This document shows, one piece after another, positions 48,786 to 62,981 of a stretch of DNA of 64,000 nucleotides (position 1 is its first letter; each line of letters begins with the position of its first letter). Source of the DNA: an uncultured virus (IMG/VR IMGVR_UViG_3300042544_003642). Taxonomy: Duplodnaviria > Heunggongvirae > Uroviricota > Caudoviricetes. The notes below the pieces were generated by a model, which had not been told where the DNA came from, searched no databases, and saw only the letters and a list, made by a program, of their open reading frames with translations. Location: IMG/VR virus record IMGVR_UViG_3300042544_003642; one strand, given 5' to 3'. The position numbers and the translations under genes were made by a program.

Positions 48786-49751
48786 ATGCTAATACGTGAA
48801 CTTTTGAGTGAAGTCAAGCGGCCTCTAACCGTAGTTGACCTTCGATATGAAGAACCCGCTGACCCCAAGAAAGTGCTAAAGCACTGGGGGAGTGAGCCCA
48901 AAGAGTATATTCATCCTCAAGATGGATATTTTTGGCACTGGAGTGAAGGCAAACTTTTGCTACACAGTGAGAGAAATGAGCACTACAGTTGGAAAATGAC
49001 CCAATTGTTGGGCTTGCGCGACTCAACGGAAACAAAGCAGCCTTTGGGAGAACTTTGGAACACCTTAAATGGCAAGGTGGATTTCAATAATCGTACAGTT
49101 ACCATACTCAAGGAATATACAAATAACACGTCACGCCAAAGAGCCATCAGCAATCTTAAAGAATTACAAGATGCATTCATAGTTTTGATGCGTTATGGTT
49201 TAGGTGAAGATTTCAAGGTAGCTGGAGTTCCATCACATGTTGCTAAAACTGTAGGCAAAGTATTGGCCCAAACAGATCCCACTAGTATTGTGCTCAGAGG
49301 AGACTCTCCTGTCATGTATCACGGCACAAGTAGTGACAGGTGGGAACAAATACAACAAAAGGGGTTGCAGCCAGGACACACTGGAGAAGCTTATGCGGAT
49401 CTGCGTCCTGGATATAGTGAACACAATGTTTATTTGGCAACTAATCCCAAAGTAGCAGAGTTTTATGCCAAAAGACAGGCCAAGAAAGATGGCAGTTCGT
49501 CAGGTGTAATACTTAAAGTAACAGTGCCTGATCCTGCTAGGTTACTGAGCGATGATGAGTGGATCCCTTCTGGCCAATGGAGCGAGAAAGAACAAAGAGT
49601 GATACCGCCTAGCCCCAGTGCTCAATTGCGGCGAGGAGGCAGTCAACAAGCCTTACGCAGCAGTGGGAGGCAGTTGGGCAGTTTTGCATACCGCGGGCGT
49701 ATTCCCAGTTCAAGAATTGAACTTGTGCGGAATGTGGCTGTGAAAAGTTAG
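48786..49751 (+). CDS. ADP-ribosyltransferase-fold protein (H-Y type; Tpt1/PARP-like)
   Basis: YHGTS...GLQPG...VYLAT...AEFYA. Confidence 0.6.
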   Translation: MLIRELLSEVKRPLTVVDLRYEEPADPKKVLKHWGSEPKEYIHPQDGYFWHWSEGKLLLHSERNEHYSWKMTQLLGLRDSTETKQPLGELWNTLNGKVDFNNRTVTILKEYTNNTSRQRAISNLKELQDAFIVLMRYGLGEDFKVAGVPSHVAKTVGKVLAQTDPTSIVLRGDSPVMYHGTSSDRWEQIQQKGLQPGHTGEAYADLRPGYSEHNVYLATNPKVAEFYAKRQAKKDGSSSGVILKVTVPDPARLLSDDEWIPSGQWSEKEQRVIPPSPSAQLRRGGSQQALRSSGRQLGSFAYRGRIPSSRIELVRNVAVKS

Positions 49752-49755
49752 CTGG

Positions 49756-49947
49756 TTATAGATAAGTCAAAACAAACTGGGTTTTTTCTTCCAAAGAAGG
49801 GAATGAGATGGTGATAGACCCGTTCCCAAAATACACTCCTGCTGCATGATCATTCTCCAATTTCAAAAGCAGCATTGATGGCACAATTTTAGCATCACGT
49901 GACATTTCATACCATTTGCTCCATGGAATGGAAATAGAGCAGTTCAT
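49756..49947 (-). CDS. small hypothetical (F-x-L-x-W family)
   Basis: SFPSLEEKTQFVLTYL. Confidence 0.5.
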   Translation of the reverse strand: MNCSISIPWSKWYEMSRDAKIVPSMLLLKLENDHAAGVYFGNGSITISFPSLEEKTQFVLTYL

Positions 49948-50099
49948 AGCCAAGTCAGTACAAATTCTGAGTAGTGTTCACTATTCTCAAACTCAATCAA
50001 AAATGTGCGCTCGTTAGTGTACTCGAACCTATTAAGTGGTATGCTCATCAACCAGGTATAGACCTTCCCTGAGATCTGCAACCAACGCTGTTCGCTCAT
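49944..50099 (-). CDS. small hypothetical (F-x-L-x-W family); not in ORF track
   Basis: MSEQRWLQ...EFENSEHYSEFVLTWL*. Confidence 0.5.
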   Translation of the reverse strand: MSEQRWLQISGKVYTWLMSIPLNRFEYTNERTFLIEFENSEHYSEFVLTWL

Positions 50100-50100
50100 C

Positions 50101-50316
50101 TCAATAGTGTTGCTCATTGTCAACCCAAACTAGGCGAAAGGCTATAGCATCTGATTGATGTTTGAAATAGAAGTTGGCACCAGCACTTCTCCATAGATGC
50201 CTAGTGGGGCCAGGATCGCCCAGCGTGCGTAGGCACCACCAATAGGCTCCGTAGACGTCTCTAGTGACTCTTACTAAATGAGGCCTGTGAGGATCAGCTG
50301 CTGGCGTGCTCATCAC
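50101..50316 (-). CDS. small hypothetical (F-x-L-x-W family)
   Basis: YFKHQSDAIAFRLVW. Confidence 0.55.
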   Translation of the reverse strand: MMSTPAADPHRPHLVRVTRDVYGAYWWCLRTLGDPGPTRHLWRSAGANFYFKHQSDAIAFRLVWVDNEQHY

Positions 50317-50555
50317 TTTTGTTCCAACACATGTTGCTCATCAAGGCAAGTCTCCCAGAATTGGAGACAGCAAACGTTTCACATCAGCACGTAGGAGTAG
50401 CCTTCATCGTTTTTCATACTTCACATATAGCATGCCTTCCGAATTGACGCAAGGTAAATTACCCAGTTGCAGCCCTAGAAAAAATTGTTGACACCAATTT
50501 TTTTGGTGCTATATTGCACACATAGCTGAAACAGAAAACGGGAGTTTATTCTCAA

Positions 50556-50819
50556 ATGACTGAAAAGACTTTCACCTATGTGGGCATTGCCACAATGAAA
50601 AATCGCACCAAGTTCAAATATGCCAACGGCAGCATTGATGCGCGGGTCAAGAGCATGCAGCGGCTGGGTTTCACAAACATTGAGTTTGTGGGGCTTCCAG
50701 GTCCCATGACCAAAGCTGATGCCAAGAATTCAATTGCGGCACAGGAAATGGCTCAACGCCATAACTTTTCCTTGCCCAAGGCACCTGTGAGTCAAGAGGC
50801 TGAGGAAACTGAGGCTTAA
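50556..50819 (+). CDS. hypothetical protein
   Basis: sigma70-type promoter and GGAG SD upstream. Confidence 0.65.
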   Translation: MTEKTFTYVGIATMKNRTKFKYANGSIDARVKSMQRLGFTNIEFVGLPGPMTKADAKNSIAAQEMAQRHNFSLPKAPVSQEAEETEA

Positions 50820-50883
50820 AAGCCTTTGACATACGTCTCCCTGTGTATAGACTTTGAACTAGCATATACACAGGGAGACACTT

Positions 50884-51111
50884 ATGCTGACGCAAACTGA
50901 AAAGGTTTTTAACTATCTTGAGGCTGGTCGCACGCTAACTGCTCCAGAAGCTCGAGCTCGCTTTGGTATTCAAAATCTTCGTGCTCGAGTACATGAGCTG
51001 CGTGAAGATGGGGCTAATATTACCACTGTTCCTTATATTCGAAAGAATGGTCAGCGAGCAGTAAAATATCAACTCATTACCCGCGCCACAAAGCGTGTTT
51101 CTCGAGCTTGA
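50884..51111 (+). CDS. winged helix-turn-helix protein
   Basis: LTAPEARARFGIQNLRARVHELREDG. Confidence 0.75.
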   Translation: MLTQTEKVFNYLEAGRTLTAPEARARFGIQNLRARVHELREDGANITTVPYIRKNGQRAVKYQLITRATKRVSRA

Positions 51112-51202
51112 TAGCTAAATAGGCAGTTGCACAAATAGACTGTCTAATTAAATTACAGCTGGTGTCACTTACACTGAACACTGGTTTTTTAAAAATAACT
51201 GG

Positions 51203-51236
51203 GTGGGTTGAGAGTTTTTCTCAACCCACTTTTTTG
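51203..51236 (+). terminator. rho-independent terminator
   Basis: gtgggttgaga-gtttt-tctcaacccac-tttttt. Confidence 0.75.
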
Positions 51237-51271
51237 TTTGACGGGTGGGAAGGATAGTGTATAGTTGATTT

Positions 51272-51694
51272 ATGACAATGCATCTTCTCCCTGCCTTCAT
51301 CAACACAAATGGCAACACCAAGCGGAAGAAAACACCGCAGCAGGTGAAAGCTCAACAGGAACATGAAAAGTGGCTGAAAAAGAATGGCGTTCACCCTGAA
51401 CAATTGGCCAGCAAGACTCAAACTAAAAGCCGCAAGCTGAAGCTAGATCTTGTCAAGGACAAGAGCAGTGCTAAATGCAGCAATGGTTTTGCCCCAGGTG
51501 GCGCCAAGCGGTCAGTGTTTGATAACGAATGGCAAAATCGTTATGATAATGATCCTGCTATGGCTGAACGCGAGAAGGCGGCACTTCGTGCTGCTCAAGA
51601 AAAGAAGAATCGTGTGATGCCCCTTTTCAACAAAGGCGGTCTTCAATATTCAGGCAATCTCAAGATGACAGAGCTGGGTAAGCGTCGTCCATGA
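51272..51694 (+). CDS. hypothetical basic protein
   Basis: C-terminal PLFNKGGLQY motif. Confidence 0.6.
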   Translation: MTMHLLPAFINTNGNTKRKKTPQQVKAQQEHEKWLKKNGVHPEQLASKTQTKSRKLKLDLVKDKSSAKCSNGFAPGGAKRSVFDNEWQNRYDNDPAMAEREKAALRAAQEKKNRVMPLFNKGGLQYSGNLKMTELGKRRP

Positions 51695-51698
51695 CGCT

Positions 51699-53366
<1,668 letters not shown>

Positions 53367-53387
53367 CTACAACCACTTGGGCCCACA

Positions 53388-53591
53388 ATGCATTTACTAC
53401 ACGAACTCAAAGAGACTTTCTCTCAACAAAATTGGATCAAAAAGGTCTATGATTGTTGGCTTGTTGTTTGTTTTGTTTTGGCAATTCTTGCATTGTTTGG
53501 AGAAATCTCTCTACAAGCAATGAGTGTCTTGATGTTGCCTATGGTTGTAGTAGGCTACTTTGTAAGGCTAGTAGTTTATTTGAAGGGTTAA
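53388..53591 (+). CDS. small membrane protein
   Basis: Two hydrophobic segments. Confidence 0.45.
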   Translation: MHLLHELKETFSQQNWIKKVYDCWLVVCFVLAILALFGEISLQAMSVLMLPMVVVGYFVRLVVYLKG

Positions 53592-53701
53592 CTATCCAAA
53601 AGGCAAGGATAGTGAACTGGTAGTGTAGGAATAGTCAAAAAAAGTTGGCTTGGAATCTAGTTCTCCAAGCCAACATATCCTGGTCTTGAGTCCTAGCTGG
53701 G

Positions 53702-54166
53702 TTATTCTCTGTTTTGTTTTGTTGTCGCACGTAACATCCAACCGTGCTTGGCATGCCTCTCTAGACGTCCTCCTAGGAAGTTGATAAGACCTTCATCATT
53801 GGAGATTTTGGCTTGCTCAACAGCTTTTTTCAGGCTGTCAATTACACGATCGTTGGTTTCCAGCAACTTGCTGACCATAGCACTGCTGGTGGGAATCTTG
53901 CTGTCATCTTCAACTGTAGCCAATTCTCCCAAACGACCAAAATTGAATGGCACATATTCATCTAGTGCACGGATCTTTTCAGCAATATCATCCACTGATG
54001 CCCAAAGCTCTTCGTAGATTTTTTGAAACAACTTGTGGTATTCATAAAAATCTCTGCCTTCCACATTGAAATGATACTTGTGTGCTATCATATACATGGT
54101 GAAAGTGTCGGCCAATACAACTTTCATTGCGTTGCCTAAATCGCTCATTTGGTTTTCCTCAGTCAT
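53702..54166 (-). CDS. dps: Dps / ferritin-like protein
   Basis: HKYHFNVEG..F...H..F...Y....D.IAEKIR, KHGWML. Confidence 0.92.
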   Translation of the reverse strand: MTEENQMSDLGNAMKVVLADTFTMYMIAHKYHFNVEGRDFYEYHKLFQKIYEELWASVDDIAEKIRALDEYVPFNFGRLGELATVEDDSKIPTSSAMVSKLLETNDRVIDSLKKAVEQAKISNDEGLINFLGGRLERHAKHGWMLRATTKQNRE

Positions 54167-54632
54167 CGTTTTCCCTATTTATAAGGGTTGTTTCATAGTT
54201 CACACCCGCAGCCTTGAGCATGCTTTGACTGACTTGAATTTGTTCACTCCATTTGGTAAAGAATATTCCTGTGGAGTCTAAACAAGCTTGGTCCACAATC
54301 AAGTGTGTTATGCCGCTTTGGATGATTGCTCGAGTGCAATCACAACAGGGCCAGTGTGTTACAACCAATGTACAATCGTCACAACTGATGCCGTTGCGTG
54401 CACACGCATAAACTACATTCCTCTCCGCATGCTCAAACAGCCAGTTCTTTTGAGGTTTTTGCCACACATGGGGGTCACTGTCATCAATGTTGCGTGGTGG
54501 GCCATTGTAACCAAAGCCACGAGGATTGCGATTCTTGTCAAAAATTACAGCGCCAACTTTGATCTCATCTTTGCTCCAGCTGGCTACCTCATGTGCCAAC
54601 CTTAACCATCTTTGATTCCATTTATGTGACAT
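54159..54632 (-). CDS. dCMP deaminase
   Basis: HAERN, PCCDC, GYNG. Confidence 0.9.
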   Translation of the reverse strand: MSHKWNQRWLRLAHEVASWSKDEIKVGAVIFDKNRNPRGFGYNGPPRNIDDSDPHVWQKPQKNWLFEHAERNVVYACARNGISCDDCTLVVTHWPCCDCTRAIIQSGITHLIVDQACLDSTGIFFTKWSEQIQVSQSMLKAAGVNYETTLINRENDD

Positions 54633-54697
54633 AACGCAAATATCCCTATATCATATGAGCTTAACTTAAATACGTCCCTAGTGCAAGGCCCTTTGAG

Positions 54698-55189
54698 ATG
54701 ACCAAGATAGTGTTTTTAGACTTTGACGGCGTGTTATTACCTGATCCTGATGCTAGAGAGCAAGCAGAGCAGGGACTGACTACCAATAACTATCTCTCTA
54801 AAGTTGTATTCAATCCCAGTTGTGTGAAAAATTTGAATGCCTTGCTCAAGGCAACTCATGCTGAAATAGTTCTCAGCACAAGTTGGGCTGAGGGACACAG
54901 TGTTAGTGAAGTCAGCAATTGTCTCATGCGCAATGGTATTGATCCTTCCTGTATATTTGAATACGATGATCCCAGTGAAGGCAATTACATGACTCCTAGA
55001 CAGCAAGGGTCAAATCGGGGTCAAGAAGTTTTGAACTGGATTGCTGATCATCCTGAGATTGACACTTGGGTAGCAATAGATGACAACCCAGCCATCTTGT
55101 ATTTGAAAACCAATTATGTGAGAACACATCCTGATCATGGTTTTGACAAAGCCAGCTTAGCAAAAGCCTTGAGCATTTTGAACAAATAA
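54698..55189 (+). CDS. HAD-family phosphatase (Swiss-Army-knife RNA-repair-like)
   Basis: FLDFDGVL, IVLSTSW, RGQEV..W, AIDD. Confidence 0.78.
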   Translation: MTKIVFLDFDGVLLPDPDAREQAEQGLTTNNYLSKVVFNPSCVKNLNALLKATHAEIVLSTSWAEGHSVSEVSNCLMRNGIDPSCIFEYDDPSEGNYMTPRQQGSNRGQEVLNWIADHPEIDTWVAIDDNPAILYLKTNYVRTHPDHGFDKASLAKALSILNK

Positions 55190-55235
55190 TCTACTTAAAT
55201 AATAACTGTAAATTATCCTAGGGAAAGCAGGCATT

Positions 55236-55649
55236 ATGGTAGGGTTTGTAACAAACAATGGTATTTCATATGCAGGACAGCATCTTTTGATTGACTTGTA
55301 TGACTGTCAACAGCATGGTACCCTTAACGAAATTCAAGAAGTTATGGAAGACAGTTGTAAGGCTACAGGCGCAACTGTGCTGTTTTCATATCTGCACCCC
55401 TTTGATGGAGGAGGGGTAAGTGGTGCTGTGATATTAGCTGAATCCCATGAATCCATCCATACCTGGCCTGAATCAAAATTCGTTAGCTTGGATATTTTTG
55501 TGTGCGGCAATTGTGATCCGCATCAGGCAGTACCTATACTACAGAAATGGTTCAAGCCAGCATATTCTTCAATCAAGATGGAATTGCGGGGCATTGTGAA
55601 GCCAAATAAACTGCCTGTTGACATAAAGCAGTTTTGTCCTCATACATAA
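55236..55649 (+). CDS. speD: S-adenosylmethionine decarboxylase proenzyme
   Basis: GQHLLID, LAESHESIHTWPE, DIFVCG. Confidence 0.92.
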   Translation: MVGFVTNNGISYAGQHLLIDLYDCQQHGTLNEIQEVMEDSCKATGATVLFSYLHPFDGGGVSGAVILAESHESIHTWPESKFVSLDIFVCGNCDPHQAVPILQKWFKPAYSSIKMELRGIVKPNKLPVDIKQFCPHT

Positions 55650-55651
55650 TT

Positions 55652-55963
55652 ATGTTTGAATCAATAACGTTTTTGGAAGTATTGCAGTTCAGAGAGGAAC
55701 GAAGTGACAAACTGTGGGGTCGTTTTCAACTTGACGATGATACTTGGCATGTATTCTGGTGTGCCTGGAAAGGCAGCAGCAGTTTCAAAACACATGGTGT
55801 TGGCTGGGAAGGTATGATTGGCTCACAGCGATCCAAAAACACTAAGTTGAAAAAAGGTTACAAAACAATTGACTACCAGGAAGTTGTCAAAGACTGGCCT
55901 GAATTTCCCACTATGATGTTGGAAAGATTCACTTGGCACAAATTGCTGAGCTCTGCAATTTAA
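55652..55963 (+). CDS. WGR-like domain protein
   Basis: SDKLWG...W...KLKKGY. Confidence 0.45.
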   Translation: MFESITFLEVLQFREERSDKLWGRFQLDDDTWHVFWCAWKGSSSFKTHGVGWEGMIGSQRSKNTKLKKGYKTIDYQEVVKDWPEFPTMMLERFTWHKLLSSAI

Positions 55964-55983
55964 ATACAAGAAAAGGATACCCC

Positions 55984-56529
55984 ATGAGCTTACGAAATCA
56001 TATTTGTTTAGTAGAGGCTGCATCTCTCATAGAGCCTATCAAGATCACTAAGCTGCCTTATGGATTGAAAGATCTTGAACCAGCAATGAGTGAGCACAGC
56101 GTAGATGTGCATTACAATATTTTAACAAAAAACTACTTCAAGAAGTACAAAGCCACTGGTGACTTGTTTCAAAAAGCAGGTGCCCTATTACACAATGACT
56201 TCTTTTGGCCACTAATGCAACCTTATTCAAAAAACAACCAACCCGGTAATGCATTGGAAAAAAAGATCTCATCAACGCACGGAACCTTAGATGCGTTCAA
56301 GAAAGCTGTGGTAGATGCAGCGTTGACTATCCAAGGCAATGGTTGGGTATTGATAATGGAAGATTTACAAATACAAACCATCCAGAACCATGTTTTGAAA
56401 CCTGGAATTGCCATGGCAATAGACCTTTGGGAACACACTACAGTTGATTACGATTTCAATCGGGAAAAGTTTTTCACGGAGTTTTGGAATGTAGTGAACT
56501 GGGATCACTTGGAACTCAAAATCAAATGA
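55984..56529 (+). CDS. Fe/Mn superoxide dismutase
   Basis: LPYGLKDLEP, H, QGNGW, DLWEH. Confidence 0.85.
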   Translation: MSLRNHICLVEAASLIEPIKITKLPYGLKDLEPAMSEHSVDVHYNILTKNYFKKYKATGDLFQKAGALLHNDFFWPLMQPYSKNNQPGNALEKKISSTHGTLDAFKKAVVDAALTIQGNGWVLIMEDLQIQTIQNHVLKPGIAMAIDLWEHTTVDYDFNREKFFTEFWNVVNWDHLELKIK

Positions 56530-56858
56530 AATCTGTAATAAACTTAACACCATCAGCTGAGCAGCACATAGATCTCATATTGTCTGAGGCAGTCCAAACA
56601 GTGTTCGTAATAGGCCTTGACAACAAAGGCTGTTCCGGACATAGTTACGTTTATGAACTGTGTAATAATGATCAACTATCTAAATTTGATGAAACTATTG
56701 AAATTACAAATGGCACTATTGCCATCAAAGCTGATAGTGTAATGAAATTATTGGGCAGCACATTGGGCTTGGAAAGCGATTTATTTGGCAAAAAGTTTGT
56801 TTGGACCAATCCTCATGTATCTAACACCTGTGGCTGTGGCAAAAGTGTGAGTTTTTAA
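56526..56858 (+). CDS. HesB/IscA Fe-S cluster carrier
   Basis: GCSGHSY, NP...CGCGKS. Confidence 0.88.
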   Translation: MKSVINLTPSAEQHIDLILSEAVQTVFVIGLDNKGCSGHSYVYELCNNDQLSKFDETIEITNGTIAIKADSVMKLLGSTLGLESDLFGKKFVWTNPHVSNTCGCGKSVSF

Positions 56859-56863
56859 CTTAG

Positions 56864-57469
56864 ATGATCAAAACAAACTATTCCAGTAAACTGTTTTTTG
56901 GAAAGTATAGCACCAAAATTACGGTGTCAACTGTTGTACCCAGCAAAAAAAGATATAATTATGGATATCCAAAACCACCTGAGGTTTTTGTTATACACGA
57001 CTGGTGCAAAGATAACTTTGAAGAAAGCTATCTAATAAAAGATCATTTCATCAAGACCACCAATGATCTTCAATATCATCAAATGGTTTATACGTCTAGC
57101 CTTGTGGACAAAAACAAATTAATTTTGGAATTTGGAACCAGGATACTTGAAATAACACAACCGTTGAACTTGGATCACGAAAAATCTCTCGATGTAAGAA
57201 ATCTTGTGGTAGTCAGAAAAAATCTCCTGTTCAACAAATACAAATATAGTGTCTACTTCAAATATGACCCAACTCATGAAACTTGGGACTGGCTCAAAAA
57301 CTTTTTCCAAGATGAAACTGATTACAAGCTTGTGCCTAGCTCTAATGATATAACCTCATACCCAGTTTGGCCCCGAATTTATTTGACTGATGACACTCAC
57401 CTCATGAGTTTGAAACTCATGTGGCAGGAACGCATTGATTACATCAAATCTGTAGAGTTACTGCCCTAA
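56864..57469 (+). CDS. hypothetical protein (internally duplicated LF.KY..K domain)
   Basis: KLFFGKYSTKI and NLLFNKYKYSV. Confidence 0.6.
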   Translation: MIKTNYSSKLFFGKYSTKITVSTVVPSKKRYNYGYPKPPEVFVIHDWCKDNFEESYLIKDHFIKTTNDLQYHQMVYTSSLVDKNKLILEFGTRILEITQPLNLDHEKSLDVRNLVVVRKNLLFNKYKYSVYFKYDPTHETWDWLKNFFQDETDYKLVPSSNDITSYPVWPRIYLTDDTHLMSLKLMWQERIDYIKSVELLP

Positions 57470-57522
57470 ACCTGTTTTCACAATAGCCTTAAATATTGGT
57501 AATCAAAAATAATGGATTACCA

Positions 57523-60500
57523 ATGACGTCTTATCCTTTTTGGGTTACAGAAGGTCTGCTACCAAGCAGAAGTGAGGGCTATAGCTACAGCAGTAACCCA
57601 GAAATACTGTCTTATGGAGAAACTCTAGATCTTCCCTGCAATGTAAGCATTCCTCCAATAAATGGAAGTTTGCCTCCTGGCACACGTTTGGAATTTATCA
57701 ACAGTCAAATTGAGATTTTAGGACAGATTTCAGGAGTTGTGGGCACACAAACTTTTAGTTTTACACTCCGACTAAACAACGGCACATTTTCAACTGATCG
57801 CACATTTTACATAACTGCTACAAATAGTGTTGACATTCTGGAATGGCAGACCACCAATACAAGTGTTTTGGGCTACTATTATCAATCTGAACCACAAGAA
57901 TTCGTAGTGGCTGCCCAAAATACACCTTTGAAATCCATTACCTACAGCTTTCCTCCTGTTATTACCTGGAGCCAAGGAGTTTCTATTGAAGCGCAAACAG
58001 GCTTGGTCACTGTTGACCTGTCTTGGAAACCCACTTCGTTGTATTCAATAATTGATTATGTTTTTAACAATGGCTATTTGTATAAGTGTACAGTGCCTGG
58101 AAAGAGCGGGATAGCCAATGGTCCTTATGTTTCTGGACTGAATATAGTAGACAGCATTGACCCGCCTTGGCAGCCCAATACTTATTATGTAATAAACCAA
58201 ATTGTGTCAAATGACACTGGAAAACTCTACGTGTGTTTGGCAAGTGGGTTCAGTGCACCTGCTGGTGGTCCCACAGGCACAGGAGGATATATTCCTGACG
58301 GATACCCTACTGCCTGGCAATACATTGCCCAAGCTGCTGTGTGGGACCAAGTAACACCTGGCACAATTGACTCGCTTGATTTCACAATTATTGCATCAAC
58401 CAACACTAAAACCATTTCTCAGGTGTTTTCAGTAGGGTTGATAAGTCCCCCACATGCGCCTATTTGGATTACTCCCTCAGGAAGCTTAGGCACTATTGCG
58501 CCTGGCACTAATTTTAATTTTCCTTTGATAGTATTTGAACCAGACTTGCAGAGCGTAGCTTTCTCTAGCGTAAACCTGCCTCCTTGGTTAAATCTCAGCA
58601 TTCTTGGAGAGCTCTGGGGGCAGGCGCCTAATGTCTCTATTACCACTGTGTATTCGTTTACAGTGATTGCAAGTGATGGTACAAATGCAATACCGCAAAA
58701 CTTTTTTGTTACAGTGGCACAAGATGCCAAACAAATCACTTGGATAACACCAAATGATTTGGGCTCCGTAAATGACGGTGAATTCAGTAGCATACAATTT
58801 CAAGCCATTACAACTAGGCCTGGAGCTAGCATACAATACGGTCTCAGGGGTGGCAATATACCTCCCTACACTATAGTAGTGAGTGAAACCGGCATGCTAA
58901 GTGGTTTTGTGGAGTATCATGCTGTTTCCAAAACATATTATTTTGAAGTAAGTGCTGGAGACGGTGTAGATGTAGCTATTCAATGGTTCCGTCTAACAGT
59001 CCAAAGTCAGAATCTTGAACATTATATGAGCATACAGATTCCCATAACAGGCACAAACAAACTGGACTTTATTATCAATAACAGCACCAGCCTAATGCCA
59101 CCTGAATATCTGTTTAGAGAGGCTGATAAAAATTGGAGTCGAAATGACAGTCCAGCAGTCTCTATTATAAATGGTTTAAATTATCAAAATGTTTCAACTG
59201 TTAGAGATGCTATTAGCAATTATTTGACAGAGTTTAAGCTGGGTTATGGCAACGTTTATGTAAGTGAAGGCAATCAACTGCCGTATCAAACATTATTTGT
59301 TGCTGTAAAAGATGCGAACAGTAATAGGACTTGGACTCCCTTTTCATTTTATCATAGTAATGAAAGAGTAAGCACTAGCACCGGACTGCAACTTGTAGCT
59401 AGTGTTAGTGGAAAGAGTGGAGATTTTCCTGAACCCACCACACCTGGTGCTGATGGATCAGTAGTTTGGCAGCTGGTTGCCTTCCCTAACATCGCTACTA
59501 GCCGTTTGTTACCATTGCCTTGGTATCCCCAGCACAGATATCAAACACAACAAACAATTGTAAATCAAGACCTACTTTTGACTGCACAAACCACTGGTTG
59601 GTCAGCAGGTGGGCTAGGACCTTCAGGAACAGCCATTCCCATAATAGATAATCAAGTTGTTTGGCTCAAACAAAACAAACAAGGTCCTAATCAAGCTTTT
59701 CCAGCCAGTGTCTATAATATCCGGCAAACAACAGAAAGATTGTTTGGGTTTTCCAACGCCAAAGGCTCTGGGGCACAAGCAACTGCATCAGTGAACTTGA
59801 GCAGTGGTGCATTGACAAACATAGCAGTAAATTCCTCTGGAACAGGATATTATAGTCAACCCAAAATCTCTGTTATTGGACAAGGCTCGGGCGCACAAGT
59901 AGTGGGATATCTAGGTTTGCAGAGCGGTACTATTGAAAGCTCAACACCTGGATTCTTAGCTGACCAAGAGTTTGAAGTGAAAGTCGGCTCAGCAGTAAAT
60001 CAACAATTTGGCAAAATAAAAATAGTCAGCGTAAACAACATAGGTGTAGTAACCAGTATTCAAGTAACAGTTCCTGGACTTTTTTCGCATTTTCCCAAAG
60101 GGAACATTACATTTTTCAATGGTACAAAAAACTTTGCAGTATTATTTGATTTAGGGGTATCAACAGTCTCTATATTGAGCCCTGGGCAAGGATATCAGTC
60201 AGGAGCATTTATTGATTTTTCAGGAACAGAATTACTGCCTTCTTGGCAAGAAGTTTGGGCAGACAATTTTGTATTATCAGTTCCGTTGGCGGAAGTCTCA
60301 GATTCTGGAGCAGAGTGGTTTAAAAACAATCCTTTTCCTGTAAATCCTTACGATGGTAACTTGATTGAAGTCAAACAAGTGGAGTTGACTGTTCAAGGCA
60401 TTGTTTGGACTGGATCTACAACTTTTGATGAGGATACTATGACTTGGGATGTTGGCCAAACAGCCTTGGTAGAGTATGAACCCGCTAGCGAGACAGTGTT

Positions 60501-60705
60501 TGATAACAATACAACTTATTTTGACGAGTTTACAACTGAGTTTGACTTTGTGAACAACACTAATATTCCCTTTAGCCAGGTAATATTTGATGAAAACAAG
60601 ACTATTTTTGATTATTATAGCACTGTGTTCAATCAAAGGGCCTCAGTGACAGCAAGCAGGTTCTCTAGGACATGGGTTTTGAATTTTGGGAAACCTTGGC
60701 AATAA
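57523..60705 (+). CDS. large structural protein (Ig-like/cadherin-like repeats; baseplate/tail candidate)
   Basis: W.TP.GSLG repeats, W..N..Y carbohydrate-binding-like units, C-terminal T.FD repeats. Confidence 0.65.
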   Translation: MTSYPFWVTEGLLPSRSEGYSYSSNPEILSYGETLDLPCNVSIPPINGSLPPGTRLEFINSQIEILGQISGVVGTQTFSFTLRLNNGTFSTDRTFYITATNSVDILEWQTTNTSVLGYYYQSEPQEFVVAAQNTPLKSITYSFPPVITWSQGVSIEAQTGLVTVDLSWKPTSLYSIIDYVFNNGYLYKCTVPGKSGIANGPYVSGLNIVDSIDPPWQPNTYYVINQIVSNDTGKLYVCLASGFSAPAGGPTGTGGYIPDGYPTAWQYIAQAAVWDQVTPGTIDSLDFTIIASTNTKTISQVFSVGLISPPHAPIWITPSGSLGTIAPGTNFNFPLIVFEPDLQSVAFSSVNLPPWLNLSILGELWGQAPNVSITTVYSFTVIASDGTNAIPQNFFVTVAQDAKQITWITPNDLGSVNDGEFSSIQFQAITTRPGASIQYGLRGGNIPPYTIVVSETGMLSGFVEYHAVSKTYYFEVSAGDGVDVAIQWFRLTVQSQNLEHYMSIQIPITGTNKLDFIINNSTSLMPPEYLFREADKNWSRNDSPAVSIINGLNYQNVSTVRDAISNYLTEFKLGYGNVYVSEGNQLPYQTLFVAVKDANSNRTWTPFSFYHSNERVSTSTGLQLVASVSGKSGDFPEPTTPGADGSVVWQLVAFPNIATSRLLPLPWYPQHRYQTQQTIVNQDLLLTAQTTGWSAGGLGPSGTAIPIIDNQVVWLKQNKQGPNQAFPASVYNIRQTTERLFGFSNAKGSGAQATASVNLSSGALTNIAVNSSGTGYYSQPKISVIGQGSGAQVVGYLGLQSGTIESSTPGFLADQEFEVKVGSAVNQQFGKIKIVSVNNIGVVTSIQVTVPGLFSHFPKGNITFFNGTKNFAVLFDLGVSTVSILSPGQGYQSGAFIDFSGTELLPSWQEVWADNFVLSVPLAEVSDSGAEWFKNNPFPVNPYDGNLIEVKQVELTVQGIVWTGSTTFDEDTMTWDVGQTALVEYEPASETVFDNNTTYFDEFTTEFDFVNNTNIPFSQVIFDENKTIFDYYSTVFNQRASVTASRFSRTWVLNFGKPWQ

Positions 60706-60737
60706 TGATCCGTTAAATAGCGCAGATATTTTTGTGA

Positions 60738-62980
<2,243 letters not shown>

Positions 62981-62981
<1 letters not shown>

